Below are positions 35,571-43,927 of a stretch of DNA of 43,969 nucleotides, in pieces. This stretch comes from Escherichia phage SZH-1. The position numbers and the translations under genes were made by a program. Position 1 is the first letter of the stretch. Each line of letters opens with the position of its first letter. Location of the stretch: the sequence record NC_073319.1. One strand, given 5' to 3'. A model generated the notes under the pieces. It was not told the origin of the DNA. It made no database searches and was given only the letters and a program-made list of their open reading frames with translations.

Positions 35571-35590
35571 AGAGGGACCGAAGTCCCTCT
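35571..35590 (-). promoter_or_regulatory. Hairpin/attenuator after the capsid gene
   Basis: Minus-strand AGAGGGAC-uucg-GUCCCUCU followed by UUUCAUUU. Confidence 0.45.
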
Positions 35591-35606
35591 CGATTATAGC
35601 TTAACC

Positions 35607-36656
35607 TTAAGACCCGACACCAGTTACCAGGAAGGCGATCGGTACGTGCTTACGTTCAACAACACGGTTCCAGTTGGAGGCGTTCGCCAGGTCCTGCCAG
35701 GAGGCAGAACGTGCGACAGTCTCGGTGCCGTTGCCGGTGATTACTGCGCTGGTGAAGCTGTAGCCCAGTGGGTGCAGCAACCAGGTCTTACGGGTCCACA
35801 GGGTTTCTACGCCACCGCCGTTGCCGCGGGACTCTTCGCGCTCATATGCCAGCGGATTGGTCGGGTTACCTTCACCGTAACCGATAGCGCCGTTGCCGAA
35901 GATGATAGAGATGAACTTACGGCTGCCACCAGTACCGACTACGGTCATGCTGTCATCAACAATCACGCGGTAGCCCTGGTAGGTGGCGAACAGGGTGTCG
36001 TTGTCAGCATCTTTGATGAAGTCAATAAGCTGCTGCTTACGGGCCTGCGCGTATACGAAGCTGTGCATCGCGATAGCGCCCAGCACTTCACCACCGTTGC
36101 CCATCAGCGCATCGCCCATAGTCTGGGTAGCGTCGATGAACGCGCCTGCGTCGAAGCCCAGAGTAGAGGACACGTCGATTACCATGTCGTTCTGCTCGTG
36201 ATATGCGTCGGTAGCGGCTACGTTGTCGTTGTATAGACCAAGCGCAGTAGCAATCAGACGGCGTTGGGCCTGGCGCTGCCAGAAATTATCCAGACGGGAT
36301 GCTACAGATTGCAGCGGGTTCTGGCTGGTCAGTTCGACAGTCAGGTCAGCCTGGCCGAAACCTTCGTTCAGGTAGGCAACGCGTGCCATCATCTCACCGG
36401 TCTGCACGTTACGCGGGGTAGCGATGTCCTGGTATACGTCGTTCGAGTAGTTCGGCTCGATGGAAGTGTCAATCGCTTTCCAGAAAGGAATATTAGCGAC
36501 GTTGGACGGGCCGCGGGCAATCTCGGCAGCGTATGGGGTCGGGGTCAGAATACCAGACTGGAAGAATGCGGTTTTTTCTACCGGGTCCTCGGTCATATAA
36601 GACGCCAGGACCGGGATGTTGCCAGTTACGATATCGCCGATAGTGGTAATTGCCAT
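35607..36656 (-). CDS. Major capsid protein
   Basis: 349-aa ORF directly after the scaffold gene and before the hairpin and decoration gene. Confidence 0.8.
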   Translation of the reverse strand: MAITTIGDIVTGNIPVLASYMTEDPVEKTAFFQSGILTPTPYAAEIARGPSNVANIPFWKAIDTSIEPNYSNDVYQDIATPRNVQTGEMMARVAYLNEGFGQADLTVELTSQNPLQSVASRLDNFWQRQAQRRLIATALGLYNDNVAATDAYHEQNDMVIDVSSTLGFDAGAFIDATQTMGDALMGNGGEVLGAIAMHSFVYAQARKQQLIDFIKDADNDTLFATYQGYRVIVDDSMTVVGTGGSRKFISIIFGNGAIGYGEGNPTNPLAYEREESRGNGGGVETLWTRKTWLLHPLGYSFTSAVITGNGTETVARSASWQDLANASNWNRVVERKHVPIAFLVTGVGS

Positions 36657-36658
36657 TA

Positions 36659-37360
36659 TTATTTCCTCAGGGCTTTAAGTTGCCGTTCAAATTCGGCAGG
36701 GTTCGATTTATACAGAGCTAAACGCTCCGCTTCACTCATGTCTTTAAACGCTGGTGCGGCCCCGCCGCCTTTGCTACCGGAAGCCCCGCCGCCGGAAGCT
36801 GCATTTGCTTTAATCAAATGCGAAAACGCTTTGTGTTCACGCAGGTATTTGCGGAACTGTTCCGGGTCAGTCGTGATTACGTTGCCATCTGCACCGACAA
36901 ACTTAGTAACCACGTCATCGCCTTCAAACTCAGTCTTAACGAACGGCGCAAGAATGTCTACAGCTTCCGGGGTAATAAAGTCACCCGCGAAAGAGCCTAA
37001 CACCGCTTTACGTTCGCTGCCGAGGATGCGCTCCGCCATTCTGGAGATGCGACCATCTTTCTCAGCTAACACCGGGTCATACTGGCTACGAATCGTCTTT
37101 TCGAACTCGTCCATCTTACCCGCGGCTTTTAACGCCTCCTGGTGTGCGCGCTGCCGTTCTTCTTCGGCCTCTTTTGCTTTACGGGCTGCTTCTTTCTTCT
37201 CCGCCAGCAACGCTTCCTGGTTGGCCTTAAGCCCGGCGACTTCTTTCTCAATCAGCGCCTGAACTTCTTCGGCTGTGAACATTTTCGGCGCGTCACCGCC
37301 ACCGGCTTTATCTTCTGCCCCAGCTTCTTCCTGGAACGGATAACGTAAAAAACGATTCAT
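36659..37360 (-). CDS. Scaffolding protein
   Basis: ATG at 37360 (listed ORF begins at TTG 37414); helical, charged, A/E/K-rich. Confidence 0.65.
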   Translation of the reverse strand: MNRFLRYPFQEEAGAEDKAGGGDAPKMFTAEEVQALIEKEVAGLKANQEALLAEKKEAARKAKEAEEERQRAHQEALKAAGKMDEFEKTIRSQYDPVLAEKDGRISRMAERILGSERKAVLGSFAGDFITPEAVDILAPFVKTEFEGDDVVTKFVGADGNVITTDPEQFRKYLREHKAFSHLIKANAASGGGASGSKGGGAAPAFKDMSEAERLALYKSNPAEFERQLKALRK

Positions 37361-37413
37361 GGTCAGTATGTCCCCTGGACGTTGGAACCCGGGCCACCCG
37401 GATTTACATGTCA

Positions 37414-37456
37414 AGAATAAATTATTCCAACATGCAAGGCAACTATTCCAGAATAT
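37414..37456 (-). promoter_or_regulatory. Candidate leftward promoter upstream of scaffold with CTATTC..GAATAT dyad
   Basis: Minus strand reads (A)TATTC-tg-GAATAG then TTGCCT-N17-TATTCT; weak -10. Confidence 0.25.
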
Positions 37457-37706
37457 TCCTCACGTAATCCTGCAACATGAACACTTTCAGTCTCAGTTGC
37501 CGTACACATTCGGCATTCTGAACGTCGATAGCCAAATCTTCGTCAGCGTCGCTACTTGGGGGCGCCAGTTTGCACGGCGGCTGCATCATCGTCGTATCCG
37601 GGGATGGAATTGGCGTTTGCGACGGCGCGGGACTTGAGCAGGACGCGAGCATCGTCAAAAGTGCACACGCTACGGCCAGGTGTTTCAATGTACTTAACGA
37701 CTTCAC
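37443..37706 (-). CDS. o-spanin (Rz1-like outer-membrane lipoprotein)
   Basis: GTG start with AGAGGTGA RBS; lipobox LTMLASC; Pro-rich mature part; overlaps the i-spanin 3' end out of frame. Confidence 0.6.
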   Translation of the reverse strand: MKSLSTLKHLAVACALLTMLASCSSPAPSQTPIPSPDTTMMQPPCKLAPPSSDADEDLAIDVQNAECVRQLRLKVFMLQDYVRNILE

Positions 37707-37938
37707 GGGTAATCACCTCTGATTTCGTCTTGCCTTCGTTGTCAGCGGCTGCGGCCTTTGATTCGTCCTGCTGCTGCCGTTGTGTTTTCTTCGCTAACTC
37801 AGCCTGTGCTTCCTGCTGTTGCTGCGAAACGAGATTCGCCCGGCCTTCGTTCCAGCCGCTGCGGTACTGGTAGATGCCGTGTGCGTAAGCCAGGATGATG
37901 AAACATGCTCCCGCTACGACAGTTGCTTTAAGATTCAT
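37552..37938 (-). CDS. i-spanin (Rz-like)
   Basis: N-terminal TM VVAGACFIILAYA, Q-rich coiled-coil, periplasmic C-terminus; AAAGGAG RBS. Confidence 0.7.
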   Translation of the reverse strand: MNLKATVVAGACFIILAYAHGIYQYRSGWNEGRANLVSQQQQEAQAELAKKTQRQQQDESKAAAADNEGKTKSEVITREVVKYIETPGRSVCTFDDARVLLKSRAVANANSIPGYDDDAAAVQTGAPK

Positions 37939-37952
37939 GTTTCTCCTTTCTC

Positions 37953-37982
37953 GATAAGTAAAGCCCCGCCTTAAAGCGGGGC
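37953..37982 (-). promoter_or_regulatory. GC-rich hairpin immediately 5' of the i-spanin RBS
   Basis: Minus-strand GCCCCGC-uuuaag-GCGGGGC followed by UUUACUU. Confidence 0.4.
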
Positions 37983-38161
37983 GCTAGGCCTTATCATTTA
38001 AACATAGAAACGGCGTAATCTCAGTAAACCAGTTACTTTTTACACAAGCAATAGAGTATGGCCCTTCCGAACGCGTCAGCGTAACTACACTCGGACTTAA
38101 CGTCCGGCTCCGTTACCTGCCACGCCGCGGTCGCTTGTTCATACTTCACAAGCTCAGGTGG

Positions 38162-38204
38162 AGCTTAGCACATTTTTGGTGAAAAGTCAACTATTCGAAT
38201 AGTT
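38162..38204 (-). promoter_or_regulatory. Candidate leftward promoter with perfect 16-bp palindrome AACTATTCGAATAGTT at the -35
   Basis: TTGACT (rc of 38185..38190), N17, TAAGCT; palindrome at 38189..38204. Confidence 0.3.
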
Positions 38205-38256
38205 TATTCCAACATTTACAATTGAGTGGAATAACAGGAATACATAAACAAATAGT

Positions 38257-38285
38257 TTGCGCACCCCAATATAATAGGGTACTAT
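38257..38285 (+). promoter_or_regulatory. Promoter TTGCGC-N17-TACTAT with dyad AATAG-ggta-CTATT for the lipoprotein unit
   Basis: Same 27-nt core as the promoter at 29405. Confidence 0.5.
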
Positions 38286-38312
38286 TCATTCTATCGAACC
38301 GGGGAGGCCGTC

Positions 38313-38414
38313 ATGTTAGTCGTTATTTCAGTAGTAATTGCAGTTGATGCGGTGATGTTTCTTTGGGCTTGTAGTGGTATTGGTGAAATTGACACGGGTA
38401 ATGGTGAACTATGA
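38313..38414 (+). CDS. Hand-called tiny hydrophobic peptide (33 aa)
   Basis: MLVVISVVIAVDAVMFLWACSG...; GGGGAGG RBS; stop overlaps the lipoprotein ATG. Confidence 0.3.
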   Translation: MLVVISVVIAVDAVMFLWACSGIGEIDTGNGEL

Positions 38415-38755
38415 AATATATTAAATTAGCAGTAGCGGGTGTTGTAGCCGTTTGTTTGAGTGGTTGCGTAAGGTCGTTGCCAGACCCGGCTTTACAGGTT
38501 TATCAGGCAGGGGATACAACGGCAACATGTAATCAGTTACTATCGAGAATCGCCACGACAAAACAAGCTCAAGCCAACGCTACGCACCGTGTTAATAAGC
38601 AAATAGGTACTAACGTTGTACTCGGTGTTACAGGCGCATTCCTGATTGTTCCGCTGTTCTTTATGGACACGGGCGCCGGGCCTTCTATGGACGAGATGAC
38701 AGCCGGTAATCGTCTGTCGCAGTTACAACAAACATACGACGAGAAATGCAAATGA
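38411..38755 (+). CDS. Lipoprotein with internal hydrophobic segment
   Basis: Signal peptide with lipobox LSGC; hydrophobic VVLGVTGAFLIVPLFF; antisense island inside the head module. Confidence 0.6.
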   Translation: MKYIKLAVAGVVAVCLSGCVRSLPDPALQVYQAGDTTATCNQLLSRIATTKQAQANATHRVNKQIGTNVVLGVTGAFLIVPLFFMDTGAGPSMDEMTAGNRLSQLQQTYDEKCK

Positions 38756-38828
38756 CAAATAGTGTGATGTTTTATTTTGTTTTGTGGGTATCGGCTGCGG
38801 CTATCACCGCGATGTTCATATAAAAATA

Positions 38829-38850
38829 AAGCCCCATAGCGGGGCTTTTT
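38829..38850. terminator. Bidirectional terminator after the lipoprotein unit
   Basis: AAGCCCC-atagc-GGGGCTT followed by TTTTTAT; minus strand also T-rich. Confidence 0.6.
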
Positions 38851-38851
38851 A

Positions 38852-39313
38852 TCATTCCGGCTTAGTAACCTTCGCCGCTTTGCTTACCGCCTCTACACCA
38901 TCGGCATCGGTGACTTTAACGAAGTATTCACCCACCGCGTTAACCGTCAGAGACAGAGCCTCTTCCGGGGCGTTTACCACTTCCTTCCCGTCTTTGTACC
39001 AGGTCAACGCATATGGTGCTTTGCCAGCCTTAACGTCTACAGTGATGGTTGCGCTGCCGTCTGCCAGTTCGGTGTCCTGCGGTTGCACTGAGAAATACAC
39101 GTCGCCCGCGTCAGCCAGATACGGAATTTCATAAAGCATACCCGCCGCTGGCAGCGCGATACCTGTTTTATCCGCAAACGGCATATCGTCTACAGGTGTA
39201 CCGAGTACACTTTCGTCCTCAATAAATACCACGTTCTCGCCGGAGCCAGACACTCGGGCGTACTGAACTACGCGACGCGACGGTACATCAGTTACTTTGA
39301 AAAAGCCCATCAT
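38852..39313 (-). CDS. Ig-like domain protein, probable virion surface protein
   Basis: YALTWYKDGKEV...GEYFVKVTDADG Ig-like signature; coupled to the head morphogenesis gene. Confidence 0.5.
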   Translation of the reverse strand: MMGFFKVTDVPSRRVVQYARVSGSGENVVFIEDESVLGTPVDDMPFADKTGIALPAAGMLYEIPYLADAGDVYFSVQPQDTELADGSATITVDVKAGKAPYALTWYKDGKEVVNAPEEALSLTVNAVGEYFVKVTDADGVEAVSKAAKVTKPE

Positions 39314-40356
39314 TATTCCCCTTTCAGATAATCAGCAACACGTTTATCGAGTTCCGCCATCTGCTTAAGCGTGAGCGGATTCCCGAAACCATCTACAGAT
39401 ATTACGCGAAACTCTTCCGGCGATATACCGCTGTTACGGAAAATCTTACCACGCACCGGGCCGAGCGCCTGGTCCTGAAACCACGCCGGTTGTTGTTTAA
39501 GGAACTCGTAATAGGTGGTGTCTGCGCTTACCTGGGTACCGCCGTCTGCGCCTTTAGCCGCGCGTTTAGCTCCTACGTCCAGGAAGTCGAACTCGGAACT
39601 TATCACCGGGGCTGTGGTACTTCGACAATTTGGATGCGCTGGCGGCATCGGGCCCTTACCGATTTCCCACGTCATTCCGTCTCTGGCCCTGCAAATCGTA
39701 CTGGTGCGGCTGTCCAGCGTTGACACCCACTCGTACTTCTCGATAATGTCGTCGTTCTGGCGATACGTCTCGTTACGTGCTTCGTTGGATACGTGGGACA
39801 GCGCAGTGCGGATTACGGTAGCTGCGTTACGCTCAGAGATGTCCGCCAGTCCACCAGCGCCTACGACATTTTTAACAATCTGCCGTGTGGTTTGGCCTTG
39901 TACGAAACCCATCTTAACGCCAGTTACCAGGCGCGCGACCTCCGTTTCACCCCAGCCAGACATCAGCTTCGTGAAATCAACAGGCTTGTCACTTAACGAT
40001 AATGGCTGAAACTCGGCAGCGGCCCACACCTGTTCTGCGGTAGGCGTAACAAATTCCGCGTTAACGTTAGCCGTCAGCGTCTTTACGTTCCACTCAGCCT
40101 CATATGCCACCAGTTCCTTAAGGTCTTCTGTCAGTTTTGTTTGCCAGTCACCGGTAAGTCCTGCCAGTGCTTCTTCGAGGTCGCGTAACAGTTTATTCAG
40201 TCGCGCGGTGCTTCGCCCGTCGTCGCCAAATAACAGCACCTGCCGTTTTATTTCGTCCCGCATCTCCTGGACGAACGGTGCGAGGTCTTTCACTTCGCCG
40301 GATGCGGTGCGTTGCAGCCAAATCTGGTGGCTGATTAGGGATGTAAGTAGTGGCAT
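39313..40356 (-). CDS. Minor head / head morphogenesis protein (Mu gpF / SPP1 gp7 family)
   Basis: RARDGMTWEIGKGPMPPAHPNCRSTT matches the Mu-F family signature. Confidence 0.8.
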   Translation of the reverse strand: MPLLTSLISHQIWLQRTASGEVKDLAPFVQEMRDEIKRQVLLFGDDGRSTARLNKLLRDLEEALAGLTGDWQTKLTEDLKELVAYEAEWNVKTLTANVNAEFVTPTAEQVWAAAEFQPLSLSDKPVDFTKLMSGWGETEVARLVTGVKMGFVQGQTTRQIVKNVVGAGGLADISERNAATVIRTALSHVSNEARNETYRQNDDIIEKYEWVSTLDSRTSTICRARDGMTWEIGKGPMPPAHPNCRSTTAPVISSEFDFLDVGAKRAAKGADGGTQVSADTTYYEFLKQQPAWFQDQALGPVRGKIFRNSGISPEEFRVISVDGFGNPLTLKQMAELDKRVADYLKGE

Positions 40357-40384
40357 ATTTTATCGCCTCGATAAACAATTCGAT

Positions 40385-40413
40385 TTGAAGGTGTCATGTA
40401 TGCGTACGATACT
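40385..40413 (+). promoter_or_regulatory. Weak candidate promoter TTGAAG-N17-GATACT for the antisense small gene
   Basis: Hexamers at 40385..40390 and 40408..40413. Confidence 0.25.
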
Positions 40414-40443
40414 ACATTCGTTGATTAAACAGGAGGCTTAAAC

Positions 40444-40611
40444 ATGAACTACCATAAACTGATTACCGCTTTCATCAATAACGGTTTGACCGAGAAAGAC
40501 GCTTTTGATGCCGCATACGCGTATAGAAACTGTGACTTGACGCTTGAAGGTGACTCTCAAGAAGATTATGACGAAGCGATAAGAGAAGAAATTAGTTGCT
40601 GGGAGAGTTAA
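40444..40611 (+). CDS. Hand-called small acidic ORF (55 aa) antisense within the head module
   Basis: MNYHKLITAFINNGLTEKDAFD...; AGGAGG RBS 8 nt upstream; followed by a terminator. Confidence 0.45.
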   Translation: MNYHKLITAFINNGLTEKDAFDAAYAYRNCDLTLEGDSQEDYDEAIREEISCWES

Positions 40612-40615
40612 AACT

Positions 40616-40640
40616 AAGGCCTCGAAAGAGGCCTTTTTCT
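40616..40640 (+). terminator. Intrinsic terminator after the small plus-strand gene
   Basis: AAGGCCTC-gaaa-GAGGCCTT followed by TTTTCTTT. Confidence 0.6.
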
Positions 40641-42122
40641 TTACTGCTGAGTGACATCTTGTTGCTGCGCCGACTGCGGAATCTCCCCTGCTACCTGGGT
40701 AACCGCGCCCATCGGCAGCGGCGCGTCCTCGATAGCGTTCTGAATATCCTCGTCTGTCCAGTCGGTTACACCAGCCTTACGCAACGCGGCATAGTAAGCA
40801 GTGGCGGGTAGTAAACCTGCGTTAATGTCTGTCATCCACTGAGCGCGGTCCTGAGCGGTCATCGGTTGCAGGAAGAACTCCATGTTCAGTTTGAACTCAA
40901 TCTCTGTGCCTTCGCGCAGCCCAAGCATCGCTGCCACCCAGCGCAACGCATCGGTGTACGCCATGCTTACGTTACGTGCGATTGTAGCCATAACGGACGT
41001 ATCAGCGCCGCGTTGTAGACGGGCGGATTCAGCGGTTATTTGCTGCGTCGGCGTGATAAGCTGCGCGCCAATCTGAATGGCCTGATTCTCTTTATCCAGC
41101 ATGTTTTGTTTGGCGAGGTTGTTCTCTCCTGCCTGAACCAGAAACGCATTACCGCCGTAACCAATGTTATGGCCTGAACGCGACCCCATGCGAACGCCGT
41201 GCGGGTTAGCCTCTTTCCACTGTTCCATGCTCATATTCTCACCAGGGGCGATGAACAGAGTGGGCTGGCCCACAACGAAACTGGACTCCTCATTGTCTGC
41301 GCTGTTGCGGAAATGCCCGATATTAAGCTCGGCCAACGGCAGCAAAGGCGCATCGTCGATGGTTGCATCGTTGTTGCTTGCACCAATAAACGTGAACGGG
41401 ATTTTGCCGCGCAACTGTTCGCCAAGTTCCGGGAATATTTCGATTACGTCACCATGAGCGCCACCTTCTGCATCGAAGCGGTAAATGCGCTGGCGGTAGC
41501 GACCATCAATCAAATCGAGAACGCGGTATTGCTCACCGAATTTTGTTTCGAACTCTGCCCCAGGTTCCGAGTATTCCCATACCTCCCGTAACACGACCAT
41601 TGTCACACGGTTAACCGAACCGACGCGAGTCAATCGCCAGTTGATGATGTTCTCAGCGGTGTAGAATGCGATGACCGGGTTTAATAATCCCGCGTTCTGT
41701 TCTGCTGCCGTTGCCGCAGCCGTCTCCGGGGCATCCACCAGCAACCCTCCACGACCTACCGAGTCAATCTCCATTAGCGTATCCTGCGCGTGCTGCCACA
41801 GCCCGACACCAGAACCGTCCGCATTGCGTAACAGGTACTCAAGTTCAGGCGGGATAATCTGCTCAGGGTCTTTGCGCATAACACTGCCAACCATCCCCGC
41901 CAGTGTACGTTTAGTGAAGTTGTAGCAGATAGCGCCGTTCTCGTATTCTTCCTGGCGCTGTGCTGCGTATGTCGGGTCTGGTTCGTTCTTCCCGACGTTG
42001 CGAAGATAGCGAATAAGGTCGCCTTCCAGCGCGTGGCGTACCTTCTGCCATTTATCGAAGTGATGCAGCCATTCCCGGTGTTTTGTCTTAACACCCTGAT
42101 TCTGACCGTTCATAGTTAACAT
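40641..42122 (-). CDS. Portal protein
   Basis: 493-aa ORF directly after the large terminase gene. Confidence 0.8.
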   Translation of the reverse strand: MLTMNGQNQGVKTKHREWLHHFDKWQKVRHALEGDLIRYLRNVGKNEPDPTYAAQRQEEYENGAICYNFTKRTLAGMVGSVMRKDPEQIIPPELEYLLRNADGSGVGLWQHAQDTLMEIDSVGRGGLLVDAPETAAATAAEQNAGLLNPVIAFYTAENIINWRLTRVGSVNRVTMVVLREVWEYSEPGAEFETKFGEQYRVLDLIDGRYRQRIYRFDAEGGAHGDVIEIFPELGEQLRGKIPFTFIGASNNDATIDDAPLLPLAELNIGHFRNSADNEESSFVVGQPTLFIAPGENMSMEQWKEANPHGVRMGSRSGHNIGYGGNAFLVQAGENNLAKQNMLDKENQAIQIGAQLITPTQQITAESARLQRGADTSVMATIARNVSMAYTDALRWVAAMLGLREGTEIEFKLNMEFFLQPMTAQDRAQWMTDINAGLLPATAYYAALRKAGVTDWTDEDIQNAIEDAPLPMGAVTQVAGEIPQSAQQQDVTQQ

Positions 42123-42134
42123 TTAATAATCCTC

Positions 42135-43385
42135 TTAAAGTGCGAAAGTCACCGGGATGTTGATTACTGGTTTAGCCACCGGCATCTCATAAACTACAGG
42201 ATAGCCGAGAGCATCTGCCATATGGTCAATGATGCCGTCTTTAGCTGGCTCTCCATTATCGTCGTATGCCTGCTGCTCCAGCGTCTTCGCTATCTCAGGG
42301 CATAAGTGGTCGTTAATCCACAGCTTACCTTTTTCCAGCGCGGTATTCACCGCTAAAACACGGTCTTTAACCGGGGGGTTGGCGGATTTAGCGCGAACAT
42401 CAAAACCGGCCTGCTGTAGTAAGGCGATATCAGAGATTGATGCCGAGTTGGTTTTGCGGTTCTTGCCGCTGGCGTCGGGGTAAACGACGATGCGGTGGCC
42501 CTGCGACTTCCACTTCTCGGTAATTACCCGCACGGTGTCTGGTGTATCGAACAGGCCTTTCAGTTCTGCAACCGCGTGCCAGCCGTCTTTACGCTGTACA
42601 TATACAGCGCTTGCGTTCTTCGTAACGTTGAAGTCCTGACCGATGTACAGAGTGTCGCCCGGTTGAATTGTCTCTTTGCTGCGGTGTTTATGGCGGTCAT
42701 AGGCATAATATACGCTGCCAGAGGTAAGGTTAACGAACTCCCCGTTCAGATACGCGTTAATCAGTTGCGCCGGGTAAGTCTCTGTCAGCGAGCTAATGTA
42801 ATCCGGCGGCAGGAATCGCGCATTCTCATGTGTGGAAGCCTGCACCATCGAGTAACTTGGCGTCGGATTATCTTTAAACTTGGCGAAGACGAACTTGAAC
42901 CCTTCCGGCGTCGTGGTAACAGAGATGTGGTTAGTTACGCCCGGGATAACCAGACGCATACGGGCCACAATTTTGTTCCACGCCAGTTCAGCTTTCTCGC
43001 GACTCAATACGTCCAGCTCGTCCACGACCGCAGCGGCGATTTTGAAGCCGACTATCGAACCGGGGTTATCCATCGAACGGCAGATAACAGTACCGAGCAC
43101 CGTCTTACCCCGAGTAACCACAACCTCTTTGTCGCCGGATTTAACCAGCACATCAAGGCCGAGCAGGTTAGCCGCCTCCTCGAATGTTGGGTAGAAGATG
43201 TCGCGTATGGCCGGGTATGTCGGGCCGAAGTAGCCAAGGCGCGTACCAGGGTGCTTTAGCATAAAAGTAAGCAGGTCAAGGCAGCCGACGAAGGTCTTGC
43301 CACTGCCGAAGCCGCCGACATAGGCCTTGTATTTGTTATCGCAATTCAGAAACAACGCCTGAGGGGCCGATAGCTGGATACTCAT
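42135..43385 (-). CDS. Terminase large subunit
   Basis: Walker A GGFGSGKT near the N-terminus; ATGA-coupled to the upstream small-subunit gene. Confidence 0.9.
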   Translation of the reverse strand: MSIQLSAPQALFLNCDNKYKAYVGGFGSGKTFVGCLDLLTFMLKHPGTRLGYFGPTYPAIRDIFYPTFEEAANLLGLDVLVKSGDKEVVVTRGKTVLGTVICRSMDNPGSIVGFKIAAAVVDELDVLSREKAELAWNKIVARMRLVIPGVTNHISVTTTPEGFKFVFAKFKDNPTPSYSMVQASTHENARFLPPDYISSLTETYPAQLINAYLNGEFVNLTSGSVYYAYDRHKHRSKETIQPGDTLYIGQDFNVTKNASAVYVQRKDGWHAVAELKGLFDTPDTVRVITEKWKSQGHRIVVYPDASGKNRKTNSASISDIALLQQAGFDVRAKSANPPVKDRVLAVNTALEKGKLWINDHLCPEIAKTLEQQAYDDNGEPAKDGIIDHMADALGYPVVYEMPVAKPVINIPVTFAL

Positions 43386-43927
43386 TCCTCCACCTCGCCC
43401 ATATTCGTTGTTACTATTTTACCTACAGGCTCCGCGACACTGAAAATAATCTCGGTCGGTGCCGGTTCTTCGGTGGATTCGACTGGTTTATCTTTGCCAA
43501 GACCCAGCTTAGCCGCGGCAAATCGAGCCGAGATGCCGATTGCCCCGTTTTCTAAGAAGTAGGCCTCTTCAAGCGCTTTCGCGGTTTCGTAGGCTTCAGC
43601 AAATGCAGGAATCTCGCGCAGCCACAGATTAATAATCGGGATAGTTACCCCTATGTGTAGTGCGAATCGGACCAGTGATGGTGGTTTATCCTGCATAAGA
43701 GCGCGTTTTTCACCTTTCGGCGTAAGCTCGAATTCCCATGACGTGCGGTCGAAGAAACGAATCAATTCGTCACAATAGTCCGGGTCCCACAACGCAGCGG
43801 AATTACGGGATGATTGATAAAGGCTCTGTTTACCGCGCGGTCGTTTACGGCGACGGTTTGCGCTAACAGCTTCTTCATGTGCAGCTTGCACCACCTCTGG
43901 CGATGGTTGCTTAAGTTTCAGCTTCAT
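43382..43927 (-). CDS. Terminase small subunit (putative)
   Basis: ATG at 43927 with AAGGGGA RBS (listed ORF begins at 43966); position and size fit TerS. Confidence 0.55.
   Translation of the reverse strand: MKLKLKQPSPEVVQAAHEEAVSANRRRKRPRGKQSLYQSSRNSAALWDPDYCDELIRFFDRTSWEFELTPKGEKRALMQDKPPSLVRFALHIGVTIPIINLWLREIPAFAEAYETAKALEEAYFLENGAIGISARFAAAKLGLGKDKPVESTEEPAPTEIIFSVAEPVGKIVTTNMGEVEE

Noticed and set aside
37409-37414. TTGACA hexamer on the minus strand upstream of scaffold as a -35 element
   Set aside because: No -10-like hexamer lies 16-18 nt downstream (CGGGTT at that position).
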